38,815 bases of DNA from a virus (taxonomy: Duplodnaviria > Caudoviricetes): the IMG/VR virus record IMGVR_UViG_3300037047_000294, positions 1-38,815 of that record; one strand, 5' to 3'. A program made the position numbers and the translations under genes. The notes beneath the pieces are model-generated. The model ran no database searches. It saw nothing but the letters and a program-made list of their open reading frames with translations, and was not told the DNA's origin. Shown here in pieces: positions 18,010 through 27,097 of the stretch; the first letter of the stretch is position 1, and each line of letters opens with the position of its first letter.

Positions 18010-18151
18010 AGCGTTTTTAACGAGTTCGGGGTGTTCAGACACAAAGATAGAATCGGCCGCGCGTTTTGAACGCGTTTAAACGGCGAATCTTTCATTTTCA
18101 AAACACGGTCAGACCGTAAAAAGTAAAATACTAATATCGGGGGTAAAAATT

Positions 18152-18829
18152 ATGCCTAAATTCCACGACCTTTTTGTTAAGGAATTCATGATCAATAAAT
18201 ATGGCCTTTTGAACGCAGCGGGCATTCAGAAATATCTTGTAGCGATAGACTCATGGCTTAAAGACAGAATATGTATTACCGGCGTTATACCGGAATGGCT
18301 TCTCAAAAAGGCAGCCGAATTCAAAGACGAGGCGGCGAAGGCGATATTTACGGGCAAAAAAAACGTGCCATTTAGCGAATTTATCGACGCGCTCTGCCGC
18401 GAGTACGACATCGAACCGATCTGGATTCTCTCGCTGATCCAGAAAGAACAGTCCGCATTATTCAAGGCTGCGGCGCCGGCAAAATTTATCCAGGACAAAA
18501 TCGTCGGGTATGGAAATACCGAGAATAAAAGCGTACCGGATAAATATGTCGGATTCGAAACCGAGCTTTTCGCGGCGATTCGCCAGTGGCGCAAATACGA
18601 CGGTTTTCTCGAAGTGAAAAAATATCAAACCCATAATATAAGGTTATACGACTCAAATGACATGCTGGCTCGCTTTAATTATGAAAGATATATCGTGGCT
18701 TCTAACGAGTCAGAAGCGAAAGCATTTTTGTATAACCCGCGCATCGAGGGCATCGCAAATCATGCGGCAATCTGGAAGCGCGTATTCGATAAATGCGTGG
18801 AACTTGGATTAGTCACATCAAAATCTTAA
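18152..18829 (+). CDS. putative lysozyme-fold endolysin
   Basis: YDIEPIWILSLIQKEQS (SLT-like catalytic Glu helix), GYG, Y.GF; no other endolysin candidate seen in the window. Confidence 0.55.
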   Translation: MPKFHDLFVKEFMINKYGLLNAAGIQKYLVAIDSWLKDRICITGVIPEWLLKKAAEFKDEAAKAIFTGKKNVPFSEFIDALCREYDIEPIWILSLIQKEQSALFKAAAPAKFIQDKIVGYGNTENKSVPDKYVGFETELFAAIRQWRKYDGFLEVKKYQTHNIRLYDSNDMLARFNYERYIVASNESEAKAFLYNPRIEGIANHAAIWKRVFDKCVELGLVTSKS

Positions 18830-18922
18830 TCAAAAAATAGTGTCGGGGGCTTAAATTAAAAAATAAGGGGTCAGCCAAAGCCCTGAAGGCACTTTAAATT
18901 TAGAAATCTGGCCCCTCTATAT

Positions 18923-18999
18923 GGGTGCGTCGTCTAACCAGAAGGACGCCGGGTCCGCCTAACCGCCCGGAAATGGGGGTGCAATTCCTCTCGCATCCG
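18923..18999 (+). tRNA. tRNA-like element with abnormal 12-nt anticodon loop
   Basis: acceptor GGGTGCG/CGCATCC, D-arm GTC..GAC, stem CCGGG/CCCGG, T-arm GGGGG-TGCAATT-CCTCT; no encoded CCA. Confidence 0.65.
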
Positions 19000-19032
19000 A
19001 TAACCCCAAAATTAAACAATAAGGAGTGTTTT

Positions 19033-19620
19033 ATGAATAACTTCAAAAAGGGCTTTATCAAAAAAATTATCATGGCGATCATTGTTCTGGCGGTATTTAC
19101 GGCTTTTGCGGCCGTCACGGTTTATGCCGGCTCGGGCGTCAACCTGGAAATATCAAAAGGCATGACGGTAAGCGAGATGCTTCAGATAGTGTTCACTGCG
19201 CTTTTTATGGCGCTGATGGGATGGCTTGAACCGAAGATCAGGAAATATTTTAACCGCGCTGACGAAGAGGCGGAAAAACGAATCAAATTAATTGAAAACG
19301 AGCGTATATCGATGAGATTGCAGGACGCGCGCGCCGGTTTGCGAAAGTCGGCCGAGGCTGCTTTTTCTGAATTTATGGCCAGCCTTGATGCCGAACGCAA
19401 AAAAGACGGAAAGCTATCGCAGAGCGATATTATGCAGGTTGGAAAAAACGCCGTGGAAAGTTTTATAAAAGCGGAATCGAACAGTACGAGCGATCTAATG
19501 AAGGGCCTCGGCATGGACTTATACGAATGCGCCGAGCAGGAGGTCAAAGAAATAGCGTCCCGCATCTGGGCCAGGTTTCGTCCGGCGAATCCGGGAGAAG
19601 TACATCCTGCCGCTAATTGA
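19033..19620 (+). CDS. membrane protein, holin-like candidate
   Basis: AAGGAG SD; signal/TM segment plus a second TM; follows the endolysin candidate. Confidence 0.6.
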   Translation: MNNFKKGFIKKIIMAIIVLAVFTAFAAVTVYAGSGVNLEISKGMTVSEMLQIVFTALFMALMGWLEPKIRKYFNRADEEAEKRIKLIENERISMRLQDARAGLRKSAEAAFSEFMASLDAERKKDGKLSQSDIMQVGKNAVESFIKAESNSTSDLMKGLGMDLYECAEQEVKEIASRIWARFRPANPGEVHPAAN

Positions 19621-19633
19621 GCAGCAAGTCGTT

Positions 19634-19849
19634 TTGAATGATCGCGGCGACATCAAGGATACGTCGAATATCATTTTGAGACGAACGGCGAACACGACGC
19701 TCAGGGGCGGCCGATTTTACAGGCCTAATAACGCCGACGTTTATGCCGGGTTGAAACTCACAATAGGCAATGCCGGCCGGCCGACGACTCTGTATCCGGT
19801 AGATACAACGAGGCTCAACAGAACGATTACATACGATTTTAAATATTGA
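19634..19849 (+). CDS. hypothetical protein
   Basis: ORF fills the gap; weak SD. Confidence 0.35.
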   Translation: MNDRGDIKDTSNIILRRTANTTLRGGRFYRPNNADVYAGLKLTIGNAGRPTTLYPVDTTRLNRTITYDFKY

Positions 19850-19859
19850 CGGAGGAATT

Positions 19860-20012
19860 ATGGAACCGGATAAATTAAAAGAAGAATGCAAACACAAAAA
19901 TATGACATTGCTTAACCGGGAAGCCCGCCGGAAACCCAGTCTTAAAAAAATTAACGTGTCACATTACTGCCCGGACTGCAAAAAATATTTTAAAAGGGTG
20001 AAAAAGATATGA
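19860..20012 (+). CDS. small Zn-ribbon-like protein (50 aa, not in ORF track)
   Basis: GGAGG SD; CKH...CPDC; ATGA overlap with the next gene. Confidence 0.65.
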   Translation: MEPDKLKEECKHKNMTLLNREARRKPSLKKINVSHYCPDCKKYFKRVKKI

Positions 20013-20428
20013 AGACGATTGACATTGAAAACGCGATTATCGCCCGTTTAAAAAGCTTGCTTACCGGCCTGCACATTCAGGGGTTCGCTCAAAACGCCGA
20101 TGAATTCGCGGTAAAGCATCCCGCCGGCGCGGCGCTTGTGATGTATGGCGGCTCGAGTTTTACGACACCGTCGTCGCTGGCGGCGATCAACCAGGATCGC
20201 AAGATGGCATTCGACATCATTTTGCTCTTTAAAAATTTGCGTACCCAGGACGGCGGCCACACCGGCGCGTATGACTATCTGGACGATGTCAGAAAGGCGC
20301 TGACAGGCTATCGTATTGCCGGATGTTCTAAAATGTATCCGACACGCGATGATTTTATTGACGAAGAAAGCGGCGTCTGGCGTTACGGAATGACATTCGA
20401 ACTGTTGGCGGATAACGTAGAACAATAA
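20009..20428 (+). CDS. tail terminator (Mu gp37-like)
   Basis: IENAIIARLK, HPAGAALVMYGGS, GAYDYLDDVRKALTG. Confidence 0.85.
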   Translation: MKTIDIENAIIARLKSLLTGLHIQGFAQNADEFAVKHPAGAALVMYGGSSFTTPSSLAAINQDRKMAFDIILLFKNLRTQDGGHTGAYDYLDDVRKALTGYRIAGCSKMYPTRDDFIDEESGVWRYGMTFELLADNVEQ

Positions 20429-20455
20429 AAATAAAAGTTAAGAGGGGGAAAAATA

Positions 20456-21787
20456 ATGTCACAGGCTAAAGGATATATGGGGCGGACCACGCTTTTTTTC
20501 GAGCCGACCTATAAAGGCACTCCGAGTCCTAAAAACGGAATAATTATCCCGTTCAATAAGAACACGATCCAGTTAAAACAGGGCATTATCAAAACGAACA
20601 CAATACTCAACAGGCGCGATCCGGCGAGGCCGGGCCTTGGCCGCAAGAATGTTGACGGCACACTCGAGGTGCCTTCGTGCTATCGCACAATGGGATATAT
20701 TCTTAAAGCGATGCTCGGCGCTCCAATGAGTACCGGCGGAATCACTGCCGGATTTGTTACCGGCGGCACCGGCGTTACGACTACTATAGGCACATGGAAC
20801 GCTATAACGGACGGTTCGTTTTCCGTTACCATTAACGGCGTTGCGCGTGATATCACCGGAATTGACTTAAGCCTGGCTGCCGACATGGACGCAGTCGCGG
20901 CCGCAATTCAGGTGAAAGTAAGGGCGGCAACGACTGGCGGCTTTACGCTCGCAACCGTCGCCTGGCAGGTTGGTACGACGAATTTCAAGATCACATCCGG
21001 CACGCTCGGCGTTGCTTCGTCTGTTTCAGCTTTATCGGCTGCCGCGACGGGCACGGATATTTCCGGCGCCAGCTTGATGAAATGCCATGCCGCAGTCGCG
21101 GTGCTTACCGCCGGAACCGGCAGATATACGCACGTTTTTAAAGTTACCAATACCGAGCAGCCGTCGTTGAAAGTCGAAAAAGGCTTCACGGACATCGGCA
21201 AATATTATCTCGCCGACGGCATAAAAATATCCAAACTCAACACCGCTTACGGCATCGGCGATAGCGAACATATACACACAATCGAAATTCTCGGCTCAAC
21301 GGAAGTTGAAAGCGACAGCGAATATGACTCCGCGGCGACAACTCTCGTGCTATCGCGCATGAACGATTATGAAGCATCGATTAAAGAAGGCGGTTCAACG
21401 GTGGCAAATATTTCTAATTTTGAATTTGCTATTGAACTCGGACTCGATCCCGAACAATTTGGCATTGGCGGCGGCAATTCGCGCACATCGCTCCCCGAAG
21501 GCCAGGTGGCATTATCCGGCAAACTCGTCGCGTTCTTTACCGACACGGTTATTCTTGCCAAAGCTATGGCCGGAACAAAAAGTTCGATAGAAATTAAATC
21601 GGAAAACACTGACGGCGATTCGCTTACCTATAATTTAGCGGAAATAATGTATTCCGTCACGACGCCCGCCATCGAGGGACCGACAGGAGTAAAAATATCC
21701 CCGGATTTCAGCGCCTTCTACGAAAACGCCGCCGGCAATTCATCGTTAATAGCCACGCTCGTTAACGATGTTCCCAGCTACGCATAA
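20456..21787 (+). CDS. tail tube protein with an inserted domain
   Basis: G..NVDG.LEVP, YTHVF, PSLKVEKGF, TPAIEGPTGV; no sheath gene seen. Confidence 0.8.
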   Translation: MSQAKGYMGRTTLFFEPTYKGTPSPKNGIIIPFNKNTIQLKQGIIKTNTILNRRDPARPGLGRKNVDGTLEVPSCYRTMGYILKAMLGAPMSTGGITAGFVTGGTGVTTTIGTWNAITDGSFSVTINGVARDITGIDLSLAADMDAVAAAIQVKVRAATTGGFTLATVAWQVGTTNFKITSGTLGVASSVSALSAAATGTDISGASLMKCHAAVAVLTAGTGRYTHVFKVTNTEQPSLKVEKGFTDIGKYYLADGIKISKLNTAYGIGDSEHIHTIEILGSTEVESDSEYDSAATTLVLSRMNDYEASIKEGGSTVANISNFEFAIELGLDPEQFGIGGGNSRTSLPEGQVALSGKLVAFFTDTVILAKAMAGTKSSIEIKSENTDGDSLTYNLAEIMYSVTTPAIEGPTGVKISPDFSAFYENAAGNSSLIATLVNDVPSYA

Positions 21788-21833
21788 ACACGGTTTAAAG
21801 CATAATTAAAATCAATTCAGGAGATGATTATAA

Positions 21834-22196
21834 ATGGAAAATACCACGGAAACTATGGAACTTTTAAAAACCGCTGAAATATCAAAAACCGAAATAATTG
21901 AATCCGAAACCGGCGCGCCGGAAAAAACCGAAATAAAATCATATCATCCGATAGCGGTCAGACCGATGACGCGCCCGCAGATAAAGGCGTTCCGCGCAAC
22001 CGGACTCGATTATGCCGTTCACCCTGAAAACGCCGATAATCAGTCTAAATTAGTCGATATGGTCGACTGGATAATAGACAACATATACGGCGATCTCGCG
22101 GAACAGACCGATAAACTCGAACATTACCAGTTAAGCGATCTCGCAGTGGATACGTGTAAACGGGCTTATCGCGGCCCCGAATCCATAAAAAACTAA
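21834..22196 (+). CDS. tail assembly chaperone (G-like)
   Basis: between tube and tape measure; ends in the slippery heptamer A AAA AAC. Confidence 0.8.
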   Translation: MENTTETMELLKTAEISKTEIIESETGAPEKTEIKSYHPIAVRPMTRPQIKAFRATGLDYAVHPENADNQSKLVDMVDWIIDNIYGDLAEQTDKLEHYQLSDLAVDTCKRAYRGPESIKN

Positions 22197-22552
22197 TCGA
22201 GGTCTGGGAGAAGTTAAACGACAAAAGCATAATCGAATTTTGCGCCGCCTGTCGAAAAACCTTCTCCCGGACACCAGAAAAACTTCTTTGCAATACTAAA
22301 AAAGGCTGTACTTATCAACCGCCGCCGCTTCTGCCCGAAAATTTCGAAGCCTGGGAACTCTGGAATGCCTGTGCCACTCAATGGCGTGTCAGCGCATTCG
22401 CCCCCGTCGGCCTGGATTACGGAATCGTTTTTAAAATGGCCGATTTCCTTGAAATTACTCTCGATAACGACATGATGCAAAAAATAAAAGCGCTCGAATA
22501 CGCCTATCTGAAAAATTCTATGCCGAAAGAAGGTGCGAATAATGCCGGATAA
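22193..22552 (+). CDS. -1 frameshift extension of the tail chaperone (GT-like, DUF1799-like)
   Basis: open -1 frame LIEVWEK...LLPENFEAWELWNACATQWR...GLDY...IKALE with no start of its own. Confidence 0.8.
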   Translation, partial: LIEVWEKLNDKSIIEFCAACRKTFSRTPEKLLCNTKKGCTYQPPPLLPENFEAWELWNACATQWRVSAFAPVGLDYGIVFKMADFLEITLDNDMMQKIKALEYAYLKNSMPKEGANNAG

Positions 22553-25500
22553 TAAAGTTGAAATTGTAATAAAAGCGGTTGACGATGCTTCATCATCACT
22601 CAAAAAAGTAGCGTCTAATTTAAAAGAAGTCGGAGTTTCTTCATTAAAAGGAATGTCCGATTCGGCAACGGCTGTTAAACAGTTTCAGACGGCTTTCGAT
22701 GATTTAAAAAAATCAATCGGTAAAATGTCTTCTGGAGGCTTTGAAAATAAGTTTAAGGATTTAAATTCAGAACTTTTAAAAACTAAAAATACGCTTACGT
22801 CTTTAGCTAAAGGCGCAAATATCGATATTTCAAAAATAATGCCTTCGTTCAACGAATATTCGCGTCTGATGCTCGAACCGGCGCGGCAAGCCATGAAAGA
22901 AGCTAATGAAGACTTAATTAATCAAACAACGGTTACAAACGCTAAAATTTTAGGCGATAAAAAAGCTCGGGCCGAAGCTGAATATAAAATTGTAGTTACC
23001 GCTCTTGCAAGAGAGCGTGATGCTAAAATAAAAGCTCTTGCACTTGATGGTAACGACCTGCGTACAACGATTAAAGTTAACGATTGGTATAAATCTCAGA
23101 TGGCGTTAGCGGAAAAAAATAAACAAGATACAATAATTTCTTCTGCGTCTATAAGCAATATAAAAAAAGCCGAAGGGGCTTTTACAAGTTTAAAAAATAG
23201 TGTTAAAACTGCTGGCTCACAATTAAAAAGTTTTGCTATAACATTTTCCGCGCAAATGGCGGCCATGGTATCCACTCAATTAATATCGAGCGCTTTTCGC
23301 AATGTTATTGATCAGATTAAAGATACATTTATCAATTTCAACGATGAAATGACCCGCAATAAAATTTCTATGGAAACAATGTTTGGGGGTTCGTCAGAAG
23401 CTGCCACAGCCTTTTTGAATGACCTTGACAAGTTTAATGAAAAAACTCCGTTTGAATTTCCGGAAATAGCAGATTTATCAAAACAGCTATTAAATGCTGG
23501 CTGGGCGGCAAAAGAAGTAATACCTGATATGCGCGCGCTTGGTGATGCCGTTGCCGCAAGTGGTCGCGGGGCATATGCTCTTGATCACATTGTATTAGCT
23601 TTAACGCAAATAAAGAGGCTCGGGCGGCTTGAATATCAGGACTTAAAACAACTTAGTCAGTTTATACCTGCCACTCAAATACTCGCGGACGAACTTAAAC
23701 TTAAAGGGAATCAAATTTCGAGAATCAGTGAGTTGAAAATCAGTTCAGAAAAAGCCATCGATGCACTCATGCAGGGTATTGAAAAAAGATATGGCGGCTT
23801 GACGGAACGGCTTAATAACACACTGGCAGTGCAATTCAGTACATTAAAAGATAATTTTAGAATCATTGTATCCGAGATTAGCCAGCCATTTTATAACCAG
23901 CTTGTTGAAATGCTTAAAGGAGTAAATTCCTGGGCAAGCGAAATAAAATCTACAATTAAAGATAAGGGTATTAAAGAGGCTTTTGAAGAATTAATACCTT
24001 CTGAATTTAAAGCGCGAATCGAAGAAACTTATAACTCGATTTATGATTTGGGTGAAAGCCTTGCTGATATGGCCCTTGAATTAACCGGGGCCGAAACCGC
24101 CAGCGATGCTTTTTTAGTTGCAATTGATTTAGCCACTGCAGGAATTCGTACTGCGACAGATGTTGCTAAGATATATTATGATGTTATTGCTGGATTGGCG
24201 ACAAAATTAGGTGAATTTTATGCGATTGCCGAAAACGGCGGAATCCAGGCGATTGATGTTTCAAGCGATGCGTCTTGGATTGCCTGGGCTGCTGGCTGGG
24301 ATAAAGCCGCAAAAACAAATTCAAAACATGTTGCTGAACTTAAAGAAAAAATGAAAAATAGCAGTAACCTTTGGTTTGAATTTAAGGATAAATCAGGCAA
24401 TAAGGTTATTCAAAACGATAAAACGCTTTCAAATAATTATGCTACTCCAACAACCGACATAAAATTTCCTGACATATCTGAGACCAACATAAAATTTCCT
24501 GGAATTCAGGTTGATTTATCATTCACACGAGACAATTTGAAAAAAGGAGTTGAAGGATTAAAGAATCTGTATAATGACGCTTCTAAAGAAATTTATCGTG
24601 TGGTAAAACCGTCAATTAACCATTTTCAAGTTTTATTATCAAGTTATTCTGAGCCAACCAAACCTAAAAAAGGTGAAAAAAACTCTGATAAATATTCAAT
24701 GTTTTCTGGAAGCAGCATACCGCCAGGCGATTCAGGTGGCGGCCGCTCGGAAGATAAGATATTCAAACTTACAAATCATATTCAAGACGCCTTTAACGAC
24801 CTTAACCAGAAGATCGTGGCTGAGACCGGATCGTCGTATCAGCTCGGTATGTCGAAAATCAACGATGAAATCGATAAGATGCAGCGTGAATTAGTGGCGA
24901 AAGGTAAAATGAAAGGCCTGGACACATCGGCGCTGGAAGCGAAGATCGGCGAATACCAGAATATAATGAGCGAGCCCATCAAGCGCGCATGGCGCGATGC
25001 GTGGACCGGTATGAGAAACGACACGAATCTGGCCATGGCTAAAATGCGCGACGACAAAAAGGCGCAGGCTGAAGCTGAATTCCAGATCGCGATCGCCGGC
25101 ATCGAAAAAGAAAAACAAGCACGGCTCAAAGCGCTCGGAACTGGCGACCCGGTTACGGATATGCAGGCTGAAATCGCAGCTCGAAATGAAGCAAATTTAA
25201 AAATGGCCGAAGCTCGAAAAAAGGCTGACGAAGATATTCGCCAGGCCGAGATTGAAAAATATAACATGCGTATCGAATATAACCAGCTCGAACTTGATTT
25301 AAACCTTAAAACGCAGGAAGAAATTGACCGGTTAAATAGAAAAGAACTTGAAAACAAGAAGAAATATTTACAGGAACAGCTTGGTGACGAAAAAAAATCT
25401 TTTACGGAAAGATTAGAGCTGAGAAGACAGCTTGCCGAAACAGAGAAAAACATACAAAATACGCCGCTTAGCGGTCTGGAAGGTTTTATGTCGGGGTTGA

Positions 25501-26096
25501 AACAAACTTCCGATTCTTTCGGCACCTGGGCGCGCAACATGCAGGAAGTCGGAAGGCAGACCGCGGCATCTATGCAGGCCGCGTTTCAGGAGTTCTTTTT
25601 TGACGCAATGACGGGCCAATTGAAGGACCTCGGCGATTATATCAAAAGCTTTTTGCAGGGTATAGCCAGGGCGATTTCAAGCGCTCTCGCAAACGCATTT
25701 TCTCAGAAAATTATATCGAGTTTGCTTGGCGGCGGCAAAAGTGAAAGCAGTTCTGGCGGCGGTTGGTTAAGTGCAATTACAAGTCTTTTCGGTTTCAGGG
25801 CCGAGGGCGGCCCCGTTTATGCCGGGTCGCCTTATATCGTAGGCGAGCGCGGGCCTGAGGTTTTTATGCCGCGCCAGAGCGGAATGATAATACCGAACCA
25901 TGCGTTGACGGGCGGCGGCCAGGGAGCGGCCCCGATCGTAAACGTATATAACAACACCGTAGCGGAAAAAACAGAAGTGCGCCAGGAAACAAAATGGGAC
26001 GGCAAACAATGGGTAGTCAATGTCGTTTTGGAAGCTATCGCTAATAATACAGGCAATATGCGCGATATGCTTGCCTCGAAAGGTGGGGCTTATTAA
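22542..26096 (+). CDS. tape measure protein
   Basis: IVIKAVDDAS start, KTPFEF...LGDAVAA, C-terminal RAEGGPV..G..YIVGERGPEVF. Confidence 0.93.
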   Translation: MPDNKVEIVIKAVDDASSSLKKVASNLKEVGVSSLKGMSDSATAVKQFQTAFDDLKKSIGKMSSGGFENKFKDLNSELLKTKNTLTSLAKGANIDISKIMPSFNEYSRLMLEPARQAMKEANEDLINQTTVTNAKILGDKKARAEAEYKIVVTALARERDAKIKALALDGNDLRTTIKVNDWYKSQMALAEKNKQDTIISSASISNIKKAEGAFTSLKNSVKTAGSQLKSFAITFSAQMAAMVSTQLISSAFRNVIDQIKDTFINFNDEMTRNKISMETMFGGSSEAATAFLNDLDKFNEKTPFEFPEIADLSKQLLNAGWAAKEVIPDMRALGDAVAASGRGAYALDHIVLALTQIKRLGRLEYQDLKQLSQFIPATQILADELKLKGNQISRISELKISSEKAIDALMQGIEKRYGGLTERLNNTLAVQFSTLKDNFRIIVSEISQPFYNQLVEMLKGVNSWASEIKSTIKDKGIKEAFEELIPSEFKARIEETYNSIYDLGESLADMALELTGAETASDAFLVAIDLATAGIRTATDVAKIYYDVIAGLATKLGEFYAIAENGGIQAIDVSSDASWIAWAAGWDKAAKTNSKHVAELKEKMKNSSNLWFEFKDKSGNKVIQNDKTLSNNYATPTTDIKFPDISETNIKFPGIQVDLSFTRDNLKKGVEGLKNLYNDASKEIYRVVKPSINHFQVLLSSYSEPTKPKKGEKNSDKYSMFSGSSIPPGDSGGGRSEDKIFKLTNHIQDAFNDLNQKIVAETGSSYQLGMSKINDEIDKMQRELVAKGKMKGLDTSALEAKIGEYQNIMSEPIKRAWRDAWTGMRNDTNLAMAKMRDDKKAQAEAEFQIAIAGIEKEKQARLKALGTGDPVTDMQAEIAARNEANLKMAEARKKADEDIRQAEIEKYNMRIEYNQLELDLNLKTQEEIDRLNRKELENKKKYLQEQLGDEKKSFTERLELRRQLAETEKNIQNTPLSGLEGFMSGLKQTSDSFGTWARNMQEVGRQTAASMQAAFQEFFFDAMTGQLKDLGDYIKSFLQGIARAISSALANAFSQKIISSLLGGGKSESSSGGGWLSAITSLFGFRAEGGPVYAGSPYIVGERGPEVFMPRQSGMIIPNHALTGGGQGAAPIVNVYNNTVAEKTEVRQETKWDGKQWVVNVVLEAIANNTGNMRDMLASKGGAY

Positions 26097-26446
26097 TGGG
26101 AACATCGATTAACTGGCCGGCTATAACGAATCCCGTCTATCCGCTCGATGAGGGCAGCGAAGACGGCGTAATAAGATCGCAATTCGAAAACGGAGTCGAG
26201 CAAACACGGCTCCGTTTTACCCGTCAGAGAAAAGACTATACTCTTAAATGGACGCGTATGAGCGCCGCTGATAAAGCAACTTTCGACACTTTTTTCGATA
26301 CGACGACGGCCGCGGGATCTCTATCGTTTAACTGGACGCATCCCATAACATCGGTAACAAAAGAATATAGGTTTGTGCGCCCGCCGAAAAGAACGGCGAT
26401 CGATTACGGCTGGTACGCCGTAGAATGTAATATCCGTGAGGTATAA
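26096..26446 (+). CDS. distal tail protein (lambda gpM-like)
   Basis: VIRSQFENG.EQTR.RFT, SFNWTHP; position. Confidence 0.75.
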   Translation: MGTSINWPAITNPVYPLDEGSEDGVIRSQFENGVEQTRLRFTRQRKDYTLKWTRMSAADKATFDTFFDTTTAAGSLSFNWTHPITSVTKEYRFVRPPKRTAIDYGWYAVECNIREV

Positions 26447-26451
26447 CAATA

Positions 26452-27075
26452 ATGCTTAATATATCGGCAGCGGCAAAAATTGAAAAGAACAAACTGGCGG
26501 CTGATGGCGCATGGCTCGTGCTTCTCGAAATCACGATTCCAATTCTTAATGAAACTTTAAGGCTTGTAAGAAATTCTGATGATATAAGCTGGCGCGGCTA
26601 TACCTGGATTGCGTTCCCTTTTATTCCGGATGAGATAGGCGAAGACAGTAAAGGCGAATTGCAGACACTCGCCGTGAAAGTTTCGAATGTCACCCGGACG
26701 GTGCAATATTATCTCGAACAGGGCGAAGGCGGCATCGGCGCGGAAGTGAAATTATACGTAGTCCATTCAAAACATCTCGAACTTACAAATGCCGAGTTTG
26801 AAGAAACTTTTGAGATTACAAGCACATCCGCCGATGCGCAGTGGGTTACTTTTTCATTGGGGCCCGGCTATCCTCTAATGGCGCGCCGGCCGGAGCGCAG
26901 AATATTGAAAAATTTTTGCCCGTTTGAATATGGCGGCGCGGAATGCGCTGTCGGCGCGGCTGTAAAATTAGAGTATCCTTCATGCAATAAAAGTCTCGTC
27001 GCCTGCCGCGAGCGTGGAAATTCAGTTCGCTATGGCGGCGAGCCGTCCATACCGGCCGGCGGCACCTTCATTTAA
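26452..27075 (+). CDS. tail tip protein (lambda gpL-like)
   Basis: C-terminal Cys set CPFEY...EC...CNKS...C and RYGG.P. Confidence 0.8.
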   Translation: MLNISAAAKIEKNKLAADGAWLVLLEITIPILNETLRLVRNSDDISWRGYTWIAFPFIPDEIGEDSKGELQTLAVKVSNVTRTVQYYLEQGEGGIGAEVKLYVVHSKHLELTNAEFEETFEITSTSADAQWVTFSLGPGYPLMARRPERRILKNFCPFEYGGAECAVGAAVKLEYPSCNKSLVACRERGNSVRYGGEPSIPAGGTFI

Positions 27076-27097
27076 TATTGAAAAAGCGAGGGTTTTT

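Noticed and set aside
18880-18890. GCCCTGAAGGC resembling lambda boxB
   Set aside because: Too short to form the boxB stem, with no boxA or N-like gene seen
18950-18970. CUA in the loop as an amber suppressor implying recoding
   Set aside because: Loop geometry is not canonical, and TAG ends genes normally at 6815 and 18009
18925-19032. N-terminal extension of the 231-aa ORF
   Set aside because: Runs through the tRNA-like element; the SD supports ATG 19033
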